Virus record (IMG/VR): IMGVR_UViG_3300027974_000021
Source of the DNA: a virus
DNA length: 64,000 nucleotides
Reading direction: 5' to 3' (one strand)
The first letter of the stretch is position 1. The number at the start of each line of letters is the position of its first letter. Made by a program: the position numbers and the translations under genes. This document shows positions 48,592 to 58,457 of the stretch, in pieces. The notes below the pieces were generated by a model that was not told where the DNA came from, did no database searches, and was given only the letters and a program-made list of their open reading frames with translations.

Positions 48592-49290
48592 ATGTTCATA
48601 TTTAAAAATATAGATAATTGGATTACTGACGAAGAACGTTTAAATATAAAAAATAAAGTTGAAGATTTAAAATCTGATTGGAAACATATAAAAGATTTTC
48701 CTTTAGCAAAGTCTGCTAAACTTTTAGCAGCACAAGATCCTGAACTTTATAAGTCAGCTGAAAATCAATATTTTTTAGGTGATGCTACATATGTATTAGA
48801 AAATCTAGATCAAAGAAATAAATTTTTATCAGAAAACTTAAATGTTTCATTCTTTGATTTGTATGGAAAAATAATTAGTACAATTAAAGATATAACAGGA
48901 TTGCCTACTTCTTACTTGTCTGAATATCCACGTCCTGGATTTCATATATTTCGAGGTAAGCAAACACCACATCCTTTTGAATATCATATAGATACTACAA
49001 TATGCAGATATGATACTAATTATAAACCAGAACAATGTTATTCTTTTTTATCTTTAATTGAATCACCAAGCAGTGATCCTGCTGGTTTAGAGTATAAAGA
49101 TACAAATGATTTTGATGCTTTAAGAGATTATCCTGAAAAAGTAAAGCTATATAACTTAAATACTTTTTATTATTGGAAAGGTGATCATTTTCATAGGATG
49201 AAAAAGTTTGGTATGAATGACGGAGAAAGTAGAATTACTTTACAAGGTCATTATGTACTTAAAGATAATAGAGCATATATTTACTGGTAA
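48592..49290 (+). CDS. 2OG-Fe(II) oxygenase-like protein, paralog family B
   Basis: PGFHIF, YHIDTT, HR, RITLQGH. Confidence 0.7.
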   Translation: MFIFKNIDNWITDEERLNIKNKVEDLKSDWKHIKDFPLAKSAKLLAAQDPELYKSAENQYFLGDATYVLENLDQRNKFLSENLNVSFFDLYGKIISTIKDITGLPTSYLSEYPRPGFHIFRGKQTPHPFEYHIDTTICRYDTNYKPEQCYSFLSLIESPSSDPAGLEYKDTNDFDALRDYPEKVKLYNLNTFYYWKGDHFHRMKKFGMNDGESRITLQGHYVLKDNRAYIYW

Positions 49291-49294
49291 GATT

Positions 49295-49981
49295 ATGAAA
49301 CGTTTTTCTTTTGCTGAAATACAAAATTTCTTTTCAGAGGGCGAGCGAAACCAAATAGCAAGAAAGGTTTTAGAATTAAAATCACATTGGAAAAAATTAC
49401 ACGACTATAATGTGTATAAAAATAGTCTTGATATGAAATCTGATTATTCTAAAAACCAATATTTACTTGGTGATAGTATATATCCACTTACTCCCAAAGA
49501 TACAAGTGAGATAAATAAAGAAGTTCAAGGAATACTTTTAAAAGAATTTAAAGACCTAATATATAAAAAACTAATTGATAATGTTGGTAAGTGGTTTGAA
49601 GTATTTAATTATAAAGAAACTGAATTTTATCCAAATTTACCAATTCCTGGATTTCATATATTTGACGGAAAACAAACTGCTCAGCCATTTGGATGGCATA
49701 CTGATACGACACTTTGTTTATGGGAAGATAATATAGATCCTAAAAGACTGTTTTCTTTTTTATCTCCTATTATAATGCCAGAAAGAGGAGCACACTTAGA
49801 GTGGTTAATGCCATCAGGAAAAGAAACTATGATACCATATGAGTATGGTACACTTCATATATGGAATGGTTTAGAACAGCATAGAATAGGTCGCCACTCA
49901 TTAGCTAATTTTGAAAAACGAATTACATTACAAGGACATATTTACATTAATCCAAACGGAAAAGTACAACTATTTTTTTAA
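49295..49981 (+). CDS. 2OG-Fe(II) oxygenase-like protein, paralog family B
   Basis: PGFHIF, WHTDTT, HRI, RITLQGH; start moved to the ATG after the upstream stop. Confidence 0.7.
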   Translation: MKRFSFAEIQNFFSEGERNQIARKVLELKSHWKKLHDYNVYKNSLDMKSDYSKNQYLLGDSIYPLTPKDTSEINKEVQGILLKEFKDLIYKKLIDNVGKWFEVFNYKETEFYPNLPIPGFHIFDGKQTAQPFGWHTDTTLCLWEDNIDPKRLFSFLSPIIMPERGAHLEWLMPSGKETMIPYEYGTLHIWNGLEQHRIGRHSLANFEKRITLQGHIYINPNGKVQLFF

Positions 49982-49999
49982 CTTAACACACAGAGGAAC

Positions 50000-51001
50000 A
50001 TGAACGTGCCAAAAACGACAGAAACTCTATCTTTAACAAAAGAAAGAAATTATTTTAAACCATTCAATTATCCATGGGCATATGATGCATGGCTTAAACA
50101 CGAACAATCACATTGGTTGCATACAGAAGTACCAATGTTAGAAGACGTGAAAGATTGGAAAAGTAAATTAACACCATCTCAAAAGAGTTTTCTTACAAAT
50201 ATTTTTAGATTCTTTACACAAGGGGATATTGATGTAGCAGGTGGTTATGTGATGAATTATCTTCCATATTTTCCACAACCTGAAGTAAGAATGATGATGT
50301 GTGGATTCGCAGCACGTGAAGCATTACACATAGCAGCATATTCTCATTTAATTGAAACATTGGGTTTGCCAGAAGCAACTTATAATGAATTTAATAATTA
50401 TAAAGAAATGGCAGCAAAGCATAATTACTTTGTTGACTTAGCATCTAAAACTACAAGCAAAGCAAGTATTGCTACAAGTATAGCAGCATTCTCAGCATTT
50501 ACAGAGGGTATGCAATTGTTTTCATCTTTTATTATGTTGTTAAATTTTCCAAGACATGGTTTGATGAAAGGTATGGGACAAATTGTCACTTGGTCGATAG
50601 TAGATGAAACACAACATTGTGAGAGTATGATAAGATTATTCCGTACATATATAGAAGAAAATAATGAGATATGGAATGATTCTCTTAAAAAGAAAATATA
50701 TGATATCGCTGAAAAGATGGTAGAGTTAGAAGATAACTTTATTGATCTTGCTTTCTCAATGGGCGATATGCAAAATTTAAAAAAAGAAGAGGTGAAAGAA
50801 TATATTCGTTATATTTGTGATCGTAGACTCATATCAATGGGATTACGAGGTATTAATAAAAGAAAAACAAACCCACTTCCTTGGGTAGAGGACATGATAA
50901 ATGCTCCAATACATGGAAACTTTTTTGAAAATCGTATTACTGATTATGCAAAAGGATCTCTAAAAGGTAATTGGGGTGATGTTTGGGGTGCAAAAAAATA
51001 A
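50000..51001 (+). CDS. nrdB: Ribonucleotide reductase class Ia beta subunit
   Basis: FFTQGDIDV, EALHIAAY, EGMQLFSSF, DETQH, NFFE. Confidence 0.97.
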   Translation: MNVPKTTETLSLTKERNYFKPFNYPWAYDAWLKHEQSHWLHTEVPMLEDVKDWKSKLTPSQKSFLTNIFRFFTQGDIDVAGGYVMNYLPYFPQPEVRMMMCGFAAREALHIAAYSHLIETLGLPEATYNEFNNYKEMAAKHNYFVDLASKTTSKASIATSIAAFSAFTEGMQLFSSFIMLLNFPRHGLMKGMGQIVTWSIVDETQHCESMIRLFRTYIEENNEIWNDSLKKKIYDIAEKMVELEDNFIDLAFSMGDMQNLKKEEVKEYIRYICDRRLISMGLRGINKRKTNPLPWVEDMINAPIHGNFFENRITDYAKGSLKGNWGDVWGAKK

Positions 51002-51177
51002 TGAAAATACAAACAGTTAAATTTCATTGTATGTCTTGTGAAACAGAGGGTAAAATTTCATTTACTACTCAAGATGATACATTGTCTAAAGCAGATGTTG
51101 CTTATTGTCCAATGTGCGCACATGATATAGCTGAAAATAACGATAATGAGTTTGAAGAACAAGAACAAGATGAATAA
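51001..51177 (+). CDS. Small zinc-ribbon protein
   Basis: CMSC...CPMC, acidic tail. Confidence 0.7.
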   Translation: MKIQTVKFHCMSCETEGKISFTTQDDTLSKADVAYCPMCAHDIAENNDNEFEEQEQDE

Positions 51178-51185
51178 ATATAAGT

Positions 51186-51608
51186 ATGACACAATGGTTA
51201 TACGAAAACAAAGAGTTCAATGATCCTTCAAAATATTTCGGATTTATATATTCTATTACAAACCTTTTAAATAATAAAGTTTATATAGGACGAAAATATT
51301 TCACTTCTGCTAAAACGAAACAGCCACTCAAAGGAAGAGTTAATAAAAGACGTTCGAGAGTAGAAAATGATTGGAAAGACTATTGGGGATCTTCATCTAC
51401 GTTTTTAAAAGAAATAGAAGAAACAGGAAAACAAAATTTTAAAAGAGAAATACTTCGACTTTGTAAAACAAGAGGAGAAGTTAATTATTGGGAAGTGAAG
51501 TATATGTTTGAATTTGATGTATTAAATGCAAAACTTCCTAATGGTGAGAACAAATATTATAATGAAAATATAATGATGAAATTTACAAGAAAGAACATAG
51601 GTAAATGA
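51186..51608 (+). CDS. GIY-YIG nuclease-family protein
   Basis: GFIYSITN...YIGRK, YWGSS, FKREIL, YYNENI. Confidence 0.8.
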   Translation: MTQWLYENKEFNDPSKYFGFIYSITNLLNNKVYIGRKYFTSAKTKQPLKGRVNKRRSRVENDWKDYWGSSSTFLKEIEETGKQNFKREILRLCKTRGEVNYWEVKYMFEFDVLNAKLPNGENKYYNENIMMKFTRKNIGK

Positions 51609-52714
51609 AAACCTTACTATTAATTAACGCATTATTTCTATCAACCATCGCAGCATTTTATGCGATTACTGGATTGATAGCTATATTTGCAACAGCTGTA
51701 ATACCAATAGCAATTATGGGTACAGCTTTAGAAACAGCAAAGCTTGTTATAGCATCTTGGTTATATAGAAGATGGAACGATATAACAAAAGTAATGAGAT
51801 ATTATTTTAGTGTATCATTAGTTGTACTTATGCTCTTAACGAGTATGGGTATTTTTGGCTTTTTAAGTAAAGCACATTTAGATCAAGCAGTACCAAGTGG
51901 TGAAGTATCTTCTAAAGTTTATATATTAGATGATAAAATTAAATATCAAAGAGAATTAATCTCAAGAAACCAAAAAACTATTAAACAATTAGATGATTTA
52001 GTTGAACAAAGTATCGGTCGTACAAATGATGAAAAAGGTATTAATGCAGCAACTGAACTAAGACGTAAGCAAGAGGGTCAAAGAAATAAATTAGTTGCTG
52101 AAATAGAAAAAGCACAGAATACAATCAATAGTTTAAATAATGAAAGAGCTCCAATCGCAGGACAACTAAGAAAGATCGAAGCAGAAGTTGGTCCGATTAA
52201 ATATATTGCTGCTTTAATATATGGCGATAAAATAGATGAAAATATACTTGAGAAAGCTGTAAGATTTGTAATTATTATTATTGTATTGGTATTTGACCCA
52301 TTAGCAGTTATGATGTTAATTGCTTGGAACAGAGAAATAGTATTTACAAGTGGAGTAAAACCACAAGATCCAACTCCAACAACACCATTAACAATATTAC
52401 CAACTATTAAACCATTAACAGAAGTAAAAGAAATAGTTAAAGATATAAAAACTGAGATAAAATCTAAATTAAAAGAAACTTTAAATAAAGTAAAAGAAAA
52501 AATAACTGATGGTAATTCATATTTGGAACGTAAGCGAAAAGAAAGAGCAAACGATTTATCAAATATAAATACAAATAAGACACCTACTGCGTTTTATGAA
52601 ATTGATAACGTAGACGTGTATGAAAGAAAGTCAGATATAAAAGAAACAATAACAAGACCATTACACGGAAGACCAGAAGAACCTAAAAATTCTGTGATTC
52701 CTAAGAAAGAATAA
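51605..52714 (+). CDS. Membrane protein with a long coiled coil
   Basis: Three N-terminal TM segments, GIFGFLSKAH, EVGPIKYIA, FDPLAV. Confidence 0.75.
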   Translation: MKTLLLINALFLSTIAAFYAITGLIAIFATAVIPIAIMGTALETAKLVIASWLYRRWNDITKVMRYYFSVSLVVLMLLTSMGIFGFLSKAHLDQAVPSGEVSSKVYILDDKIKYQRELISRNQKTIKQLDDLVEQSIGRTNDEKGINAATELRRKQEGQRNKLVAEIEKAQNTINSLNNERAPIAGQLRKIEAEVGPIKYIAALIYGDKIDENILEKAVRFVIIIIVLVFDPLAVMMLIAWNREIVFTSGVKPQDPTPTTPLTILPTIKPLTEVKEIVKDIKTEIKSKLKETLNKVKEKITDGNSYLERKRKERANDLSNINTNKTPTAFYEIDNVDVYERKSDIKETITRPLHGRPEEPKNSVIPKKE

Positions 52715-52716
52715 TT

Positions 52717-53037
52717 ATGAATAATGAAGAAATTAAATCTTTATGGCGACCAGCAATTGCTTGGTTGTATATTGCTATTTGTTTTGTTGACTTTATGGTA
52801 TTTCCAATTTTATGGAATATAGCACAAATATCATTTTTAAAAACAATAGTAATTACTGCATGGACACCATTAACATTACAAGGTGGTGGATTATTTCATA
52901 TTTCGATGGGAGCAATATTAGGTGTGACTGCTTATGGAAGAACACAAGAAAAACTTAATGGTTCTTCGATCACAACAACAGTAATGCAACCACCAGCAGC
53001 AAAACCACCTACACCAAATTTCCCAGTTCGTGATTAA
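52717..53037 (+). CDS. Putative holin (GTA 3TM-like)
   Basis: WRPAIAWLY...GAILGVTAYGRTQEK. Confidence 0.65.
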   Translation: MNNEEIKSLWRPAIAWLYIAICFVDFMVFPILWNIAQISFLKTIVITAWTPLTLQGGGLFHISMGAILGVTAYGRTQEKLNGSSITTTVMQPPAAKPPTPNFPVRD

Positions 53038-53078
53038 TATGACTGAAAAAAACTAAACAAACAACTTAAAGATAAATT

Positions 53079-53231
53079 ATGGCAAAACGTGCAGCAAATT
53101 ATGGAACAAATACTAAGAGAGAATCAAAACCAAAACGCACAAGTATTGGAAATGGCTTTTTTAGTAAATCAATGATGAATAAGCATAAACGAAGATCGCA
53201 TAAAGCTTATCGTGGTCAAGGAAGACCTTAA
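53079..53231 (+). CDS. Small basic protein ending YRGQGRP (50 aa, not in ORF track)
   Basis: MAKRAANYG...KRTSIG...NKHKRRSHKAYRGQGRP. Confidence 0.7.
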   Translation: MAKRAANYGTNTKRESKPKRTSIGNGFFSKSMMNKHKRRSHKAYRGQGRP

Positions 53232-53259
53232 AAAAGTATTTTTTATTATGAATAATGTT

Positions 53260-53808
53260 ATGAAATATGTGATTACAGGTCATAGATCTGGTATAGGTAA
53301 ATCTATATTTGATTATTATGTAAAACAACCTAATGTATATTGTGTTGGTTATGATTTATCACATCATTTAGATTTAAACGATTCAAAAGTACATTCAGAT
53401 TTTATAGATAGTTGTAAAGATGCTTCAGTCATAGTATTGAATGCACATACTGGACAACAACATGTTTCTTTAGAAGTTCTTTATAATCTTTATAAACAAG
53501 AATTAAAACATATAATCATAATGGGTTCAATGGTGAGTAAAATATGGAAGACTCTACAAGAAGTTCCTCAAGGATTTGAAAGCTATTGGTCGCAAAAGAA
53601 ATTACTTGATAAAACAATAGAAGAATTATATAATCCAAACATACCTCTTAAAATTAGTATCATTCGTCCAGCTTGGGTTGATACTCAACTCGCAAAAGAA
53701 TATTCAGGAAAAAAATTAACAATAGATTCAGTTTTAAATGTAATAAGATTTATAATTGAGAATAAAGACACACACATAACAAATATGGAATTACAATGTA
53801 CGAATTAA
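53260..53808 (+). CDS. Short-chain dehydrogenase/reductase
   Basis: ITGHRSGIG, LNA, GS, YWSQK (YxxxK), PAWVDT. Confidence 0.85.
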   Translation: MKYVITGHRSGIGKSIFDYYVKQPNVYCVGYDLSHHLDLNDSKVHSDFIDSCKDASVIVLNAHTGQQHVSLEVLYNLYKQELKHIIIMGSMVSKIWKTLQEVPQGFESYWSQKKLLDKTIEELYNPNIPLKISIIRPAWVDTQLAKEYSGKKLTIDSVLNVIRFIIENKDTHITNMELQCTN

Positions 53809-55019
53809 GAAACAGTGCTGATGGTGAACTTCCTAAAATAGTCACAAACACTCATCGTTATTGGGTTGAAATGAATGATGGTAAAAAATACTTAGATATT
53901 CAATCTGGTAATAGTGCTTTCACACTTGGTTATGGTAATACTGAAATAGTAAAAGCAATGGCTGATAAAATTACTTCAGTTGGTTTTATAAGAGGAAATA
54001 CTGGTGAGAGTGATACAGATACTCAAGAGATGGTTCATTTTGTTTTATCTGAATCAAGAATGTCAGTTATGTCTTGGGCTATTTCTGGAACCTCAGCAGT
54101 AGAGTGTGCTATTATGATGAATGATAGTTATTGGAAACAAGTAAATCCTAAAAAACATTTAATTGTATCTTGCACTCCAGGATATCATGGCACAAGTTAT
54201 CTTACAAGAGCAATGGCTAGTCCATATACAGCTGATTTTCCATCTGATAGATTAAGATGTATTAGAGCACCTAAGTGGAACACAATAGAAGAACGTGCAT
54301 TGGAAGAAGAAAGAGCATTAGCAGAATTAGAAAAAAGATTTACTAAATTTGATGACTCTTCAAACGTTGGTGCTTTTATAATGGAAACATGTCCTTGGAT
54401 GGATGGAATACTTCCTTACAGTAAAAGATGGTGGGATGGTGTTAGACATCTTTGCACACAATATAATATAAATTTTATCACAGATGATGTGGCAGTTTGT
54501 TGGGGTAAATCATTATCTTATTTTGGTTATTCAACAGCAGGGTACAATGTTCAACCAGATATTATCGCTTGTGGTAAATCATTATCAGCAGGATATGCAC
54601 CAATTGGATTTGCAGCAGGTAATTCTCGTATTGGTGAAATTCTTTCAACACAAGAATGGGGATGGGGTCATACTTGGCAACCTTACATGGCTGGTATTGG
54701 TGCAATGAAAAAAGTAAAACAAATTATTCAAGATAATGGTCTATTTCATACAGCAAAAAGAACAGTTATACGTTTAGATGAAATTGCAAAAGATTTATTT
54801 AATCAAGGATATATAAAAAGTTATAGGCAACAAGGATTGTTTTTAGAATTAGATTGTAAGAATCCAACTGTTGGAGTAATGGGTAAGCTTGTTCGTTCAG
54901 GAATGCTTTCAACTACTCAACAAAACAATTCAGTAAGAATTATAGCAAATTTAATTGCTGATGATGAGTATTTTAATGAATTAAAGACTAGATTAAAGGA
55001 TTTTTTTAGTAAAAGCTAA
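53796..55019 (+). CDS. Class III PLP-dependent aminotransferase
   Basis: LGY, SGTSAVE, YHG, ITDDV...WGK, PDIIACGKSLSAGY, GHT. Confidence 0.9.
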   Translation: MYELRNSADGELPKIVTNTHRYWVEMNDGKKYLDIQSGNSAFTLGYGNTEIVKAMADKITSVGFIRGNTGESDTDTQEMVHFVLSESRMSVMSWAISGTSAVECAIMMNDSYWKQVNPKKHLIVSCTPGYHGTSYLTRAMASPYTADFPSDRLRCIRAPKWNTIEERALEEERALAELEKRFTKFDDSSNVGAFIMETCPWMDGILPYSKRWWDGVRHLCTQYNINFITDDVAVCWGKSLSYFGYSTAGYNVQPDIIACGKSLSAGYAPIGFAAGNSRIGEILSTQEWGWGHTWQPYMAGIGAMKKVKQIIQDNGLFHTAKRTVIRLDEIAKDLFNQGYIKSYRQQGLFLELDCKNPTVGVMGKLVRSGMLSTTQQNNSVRIIANLIADDEYFNELKTRLKDFFSKS

Positions 55020-55022
55020 CCA

Positions 55023-55051
55023 TTTACATACAAGTATTTTTAGAGTATAAT
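55023..55051 (+). promoter_or_regulatory. Early promoter, probably leaderless
   Basis: TTTACA-N17-TATAAT, ATG 6 nt later. Confidence 0.7.
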
Positions 55052-55057
55052 ATGTCT

Positions 55058-55531
55058 ATGATTATAGTATCAAATCATATTAATATGTCACATACTGATC
55101 CATTTAAAATTGATATGATTGAAAACGATTTAGAAGCTAACAGAACATCAAAGAACATTGTTCCTTTGTTTGGAAGCATATTTGATATTGAGAAAAAAGG
55201 TACCAAATATTCGCTTGTGAATAAAAACTGGAACAATCGTATCCATGGTAAAGTAATTAGTTATGATCGATCCTCTCCTAATTCTATCTTTTTTGAAATT
55301 CAAACAAAATACGTTCCACCAATTTCTTTTTTTGATTATCTAGTTGAATCAAAAAGATATTCAATTGAAGCAACTTATGGTACTGAAAAAACAAACTATG
55401 AAGATTTTAATGAGTTTGGTTTTGTTGGTGCTTATGATAATGGCGATGATGAGTGTTGGGAAACTACACCACATAATTTAAAAGATGATTTAATACCACC
55501 ACATTTATTGGCTTTATATAATATAGTATGA
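55058..55531 (+). CDS. Hypothetical protein (YubB/DUF1281 ferredoxin-like fold possible)
   Basis: F..QTK..PP...IEATY...GFVG.Y. Confidence 0.55.
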   Translation: MIIVSNHINMSHTDPFKIDMIENDLEANRTSKNIVPLFGSIFDIEKKGTKYSLVNKNWNNRIHGKVISYDRSSPNSIFFEIQTKYVPPISFFDYLVESKRYSIEATYGTEKTNYEDFNEFGFVGAYDNGDDECWETTPHNLKDDLIPPHLLALYNIV

Positions 55532-56385
55532 GAAAATCTGTAATAGTTAAATCTGCAATCGGTCGAGTATATCATGTCGAAGAAAATGATACTTTCTATG
55601 GTTCAAGATTAAAGAGCAGTGGATATCAAATAAACAATTTAAGATATTTTAGATCATTAACACCAAACGCAAGAACAATTATTGATGTAGGTGGTCATTT
55701 AGGAACTAATACTATTGAATATGCCACGTGGGCTAAGAATGTAAAAACGTTTGAACCAACATCATATTTAAGAAAATGGTTATTAGAAAATATTGAGTTG
55801 AATAAAAATGCTAAAACTAATGGCAAAGGTTGGTTTAAATTAGCTGATAAATCTTATGCTCCTATTTTAATGACTGGTGATATAGAAGTATTTCCATATG
55901 CTTTAAGTGATAGTGAGGGAGAACAAATTTTAAATACACTTACTTGTGCTTCTGGACATAATCATATAGAATTAGATTTTAATGGAAAAAAATTAACAAA
56001 AAAAGGTTGGGTTAAAAAATCTGAAAGCAAATCTACAAGAACTATTAAAGAAAAGATATTAACAAGAACATTAGATAGTTTTAAATTTACAAAAGTAGAT
56101 GGAATTAAAATAGACGTAGAAGGATTAGAATTTCAAGTTATAAAGGGTGCTATTAATACAATTAAAAAGTATCGTCCAGTGATTCAAACTGAAATTCAAA
56201 TAGGAATGTGTAGACGTGCTGGTTATGAAGCTAATGAATTATGCGAATACTTAGCAAATATGGATTATGTACAGACACTTTCTGATGGAACAGTTATAAA
56301 CCCATCAAATGTTTTTAGTGAAGTCAAAGCTAAAATAGATAGATTTTGGATACCAAAAGAAAAATTAAAAAATGATATTAATTGA
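55528..56385 (+). CDS. FkbM-family SAM-dependent methyltransferase
   Basis: IDVGGHLG, FEP, TLDSF, IKIDVEGLEFQVIKGA, PVIQTE. Confidence 0.88.
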   Translation: MRKSVIVKSAIGRVYHVEENDTFYGSRLKSSGYQINNLRYFRSLTPNARTIIDVGGHLGTNTIEYATWAKNVKTFEPTSYLRKWLLENIELNKNAKTNGKGWFKLADKSYAPILMTGDIEVFPYALSDSEGEQILNTLTCASGHNHIELDFNGKKLTKKGWVKKSESKSTRTIKEKILTRTLDSFKFTKVDGIKIDVEGLEFQVIKGAINTIKKYRPVIQTEIQIGMCRRAGYEANELCEYLANMDYVQTLSDGTVINPSNVFSEVKAKIDRFWIPKEKLKNDIN

Positions 56386-57238
56386 TTATTCACAAGTAGC
56401 AATCGCAAATATACTTTCTTTTAAACAAGATGTTCAAAAAGGAAGACCAATGCAAGAAGTATCTAATATTATTCGTCATGCGATACTCTCTACTATTAAA
56501 TATTATAAGAAGAAATTCTCAGCAGATTATGGTGATTTAGTTATATGTGCTGATGGTAAAGACGTTTGGAGAAAAGTAGAATTTCCTTTATATAAAGCAC
56601 ATCGTAAGAAAGATAGAGAAGCAGATCCAGTTGATTGGAAACTTATTTTTGAAACTATGTCTGATGTAAGAGAAGATTTAGTTAAATATTTTCCTTATAA
56701 AGTATTACATATTAATCATGCTGAAGCAGATGATGTAATTGCTACACTAGTGAAAGAAAGACCTTTAGAAAAACATATGATTGTTTCTTCTGATAAAGAT
56801 TTTAAACAATTACAAAAATTTGGAAACGTTGAACAATATTCACCATTACTTAAAAAACAAGTAAATAAATCATCAGTAAGAGAAGCTGAGCAATATATAA
56901 TAGAACATATAGTAAGAGGTGACTCTGGAGATGGTGTTCCAAATGTACTTTCACCTGATGATATCTTTAACAAAGATGAAAGACAAAAACCAATTACTAA
57001 AAAGATATTAAATAATTTCTTAGAAAAAGGTTTCAATGCTTGTGAAAACGATGAGCAGAAAAAAAACTATTTAAGAAACCAAAAATTAGTATGTCTTGAC
57101 TCTATACCTAAAAATATAGCAGATGATATACTAAATGCTTATAATAACATAAAACCAACAGGAGATAAAATGACAGTATACAACTATTTAATTGAAAAAC
57201 GTTGTAGTCTATTACTCCAAGAAATAGAGGAGTTTTAA
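56372..57238 (+). CDS. rnh: RNase H / 5'-3' exonuclease
   Basis: MILIDYSQ, YKAHR, EADDVIA, SSDKDFKQL, GDSGDGVPN. Confidence 0.95.
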   Translation: MILIDYSQVAIANILSFKQDVQKGRPMQEVSNIIRHAILSTIKYYKKKFSADYGDLVICADGKDVWRKVEFPLYKAHRKKDREADPVDWKLIFETMSDVREDLVKYFPYKVLHINHAEADDVIATLVKERPLEKHMIVSSDKDFKQLQKFGNVEQYSPLLKKQVNKSSVREAEQYIIEHIVRGDSGDGVPNVLSPDDIFNKDERQKPITKKILNNFLEKGFNACENDEQKKNYLRNQKLVCLDSIPKNIADDILNAYNNIKPTGDKMTVYNYLIEKRCSLLLQEIEEF

Positions 57239-57241
57239 AAC

Positions 57242-57634
57242 ATGGGAAGACGTGTTTATGAAATATTAGAAGAACTAAATAATGATATAACTGCCATTGT
57301 TAAATACAAGAATAATGCTCAGTTAAAATTAGTTTTACAAAACAACTTTGATAGCAATTTAAAATGGGATTTACCAGAAACAAATCCACCATTTAAAGCT
57401 GCAATTGAGCCACAAGATATGGCTCCATCAAATCTTACTTTAGAAGTAAGAAAGTTTTATATCTTTAGAAGAAAAGATTTAAAACCTGCTCAAAGAGAAT
57501 TATTATATATTCAAATGTTAGAAAGATTAGACGCAAAAGAACAAAAGATTCTTCTTGCATTAAAAAATCAAGAATTAACATCTTTATATCCAAATATTAC
57601 GAAAGAATCTGTTTCAACATACATCAATGCTTAA
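57242..57634 (+). CDS. Conserved T4-like hypothetical protein
   Basis: W.LPE..PP...RELLYIQMLE.L...E..IL; usual position after rnh. Confidence 0.75.
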   Translation: MGRRVYEILEELNNDITAIVKYKNNAQLKLVLQNNFDSNLKWDLPETNPPFKAAIEPQDMAPSNLTLEVRKFYIFRRKDLKPAQRELLYIQMLERLDAKEQKILLALKNQELTSLYPNITKESVSTYINA

Positions 57635-57869
57635 AATAGGCAATATAATAGAAAAAATATCTAATCGTTCATTCCCAGCTGAAATAAGAGTTTGGGATGA
57701 TGAAACATTAGTCACAGTGCATCGTTCAACTGAAACTGCACAATTAATAACAACAGAATTTACTTCTTTTAATAATGGTACTTGGGAAAATGAAGAATTT
57801 AAAATATCATATCCTAAAGTAGATAGAACTAAAAAGATAGAGACATTAGTTAGAGTTAAAAAGAAGTAG
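57627..57869 (+). CDS. Hypothetical protein
   Basis: 80-aa ORF. Confidence 0.55.
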   Translation: MLKIGNIIEKISNRSFPAEIRVWDDETLVTVHRSTETAQLITTEFTSFNNGTWENEEFKISYPKVDRTKKIETLVRVKKK

Positions 57870-57879
57870 AAATTATATT

Positions 57880-58356
57880 ATGTCAAGTGAAAAAAACATC
57901 GTAGGAATACGTCATAAGTTCGCTACACTGCGAAATCAAACTATCCACATAGATATCAATGGTTTTCAATTAAAAACTACAATTGACAAAGTTGATGAAC
58001 TTTTCGAATATAACGTAATACGTTATTGTGTTAATTCTGTATTGTATCAACTTGATAGAGCAAGACAAGACGCAATTGATTATAATATGGTAGAGCAAAT
58101 GGGGTTTCCGTGTAAATTTAATAACACAGCAACTGTACCAGCAGATATGTCTGGTCATGCTGAACCTCAAAGAGTTTCTATTATTATATTAGTTGATGAT
58201 GTTAATTCTAAATTACCAGATTATTGCGTAAAAGGAATGACTGGAACATCATGGGATATACATTCAAACCCAGAAGCACCAGAATTTTTAGATTATATTA
58301 ATTATTTGACTGGAACTATTGATAAACCAGAAGCTGAAATAGTATCAATACACTAA
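57880..58356 (+). CDS. Hypothetical protein
   Basis: 158-aa ORF. Confidence 0.6.
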   Translation: MSSEKNIVGIRHKFATLRNQTIHIDINGFQLKTTIDKVDELFEYNVIRYCVNSVLYQLDRARQDAIDYNMVEQMGFPCKFNNTATVPADMSGHAEPQRVSIIILVDDVNSKLPDYCVKGMTGTSWDIHSNPEAPEFLDYINYLTGTIDKPEAEIVSIH

Positions 58357-58423
58357 GTCATTGAAATATAATGCTTTTTTATTTTTTATAAGTATTTACT
58401 TAATTACTCAAATATAGTAAAAT
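58354..58423 (+). promoter_or_regulatory. Extended early promoter with upstream TAAGNYATTGA box
   Basis: TAAGTCATTGA ... TTTACT-N17-TAAAAT. Confidence 0.7.
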
Positions 58424-58457
58424 ATACCTATAAACAAATAATAAAAAGGAGTATATT

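Noticed and set aside
14361-51001. Introns or inteins in gp43, uvsX, gp41, gp61, nrdA, nrdB
   Set aside because: Each is one uninterrupted ORF of normal or short length without intein C...HN motifs
51186-51608. GIY-YIG gene as a mobile intron endonuclease of nrdB
   Set aside because: It lies outside nrdB, is short, and lacks a C-terminal DNA-binding extension or flanking intron structure
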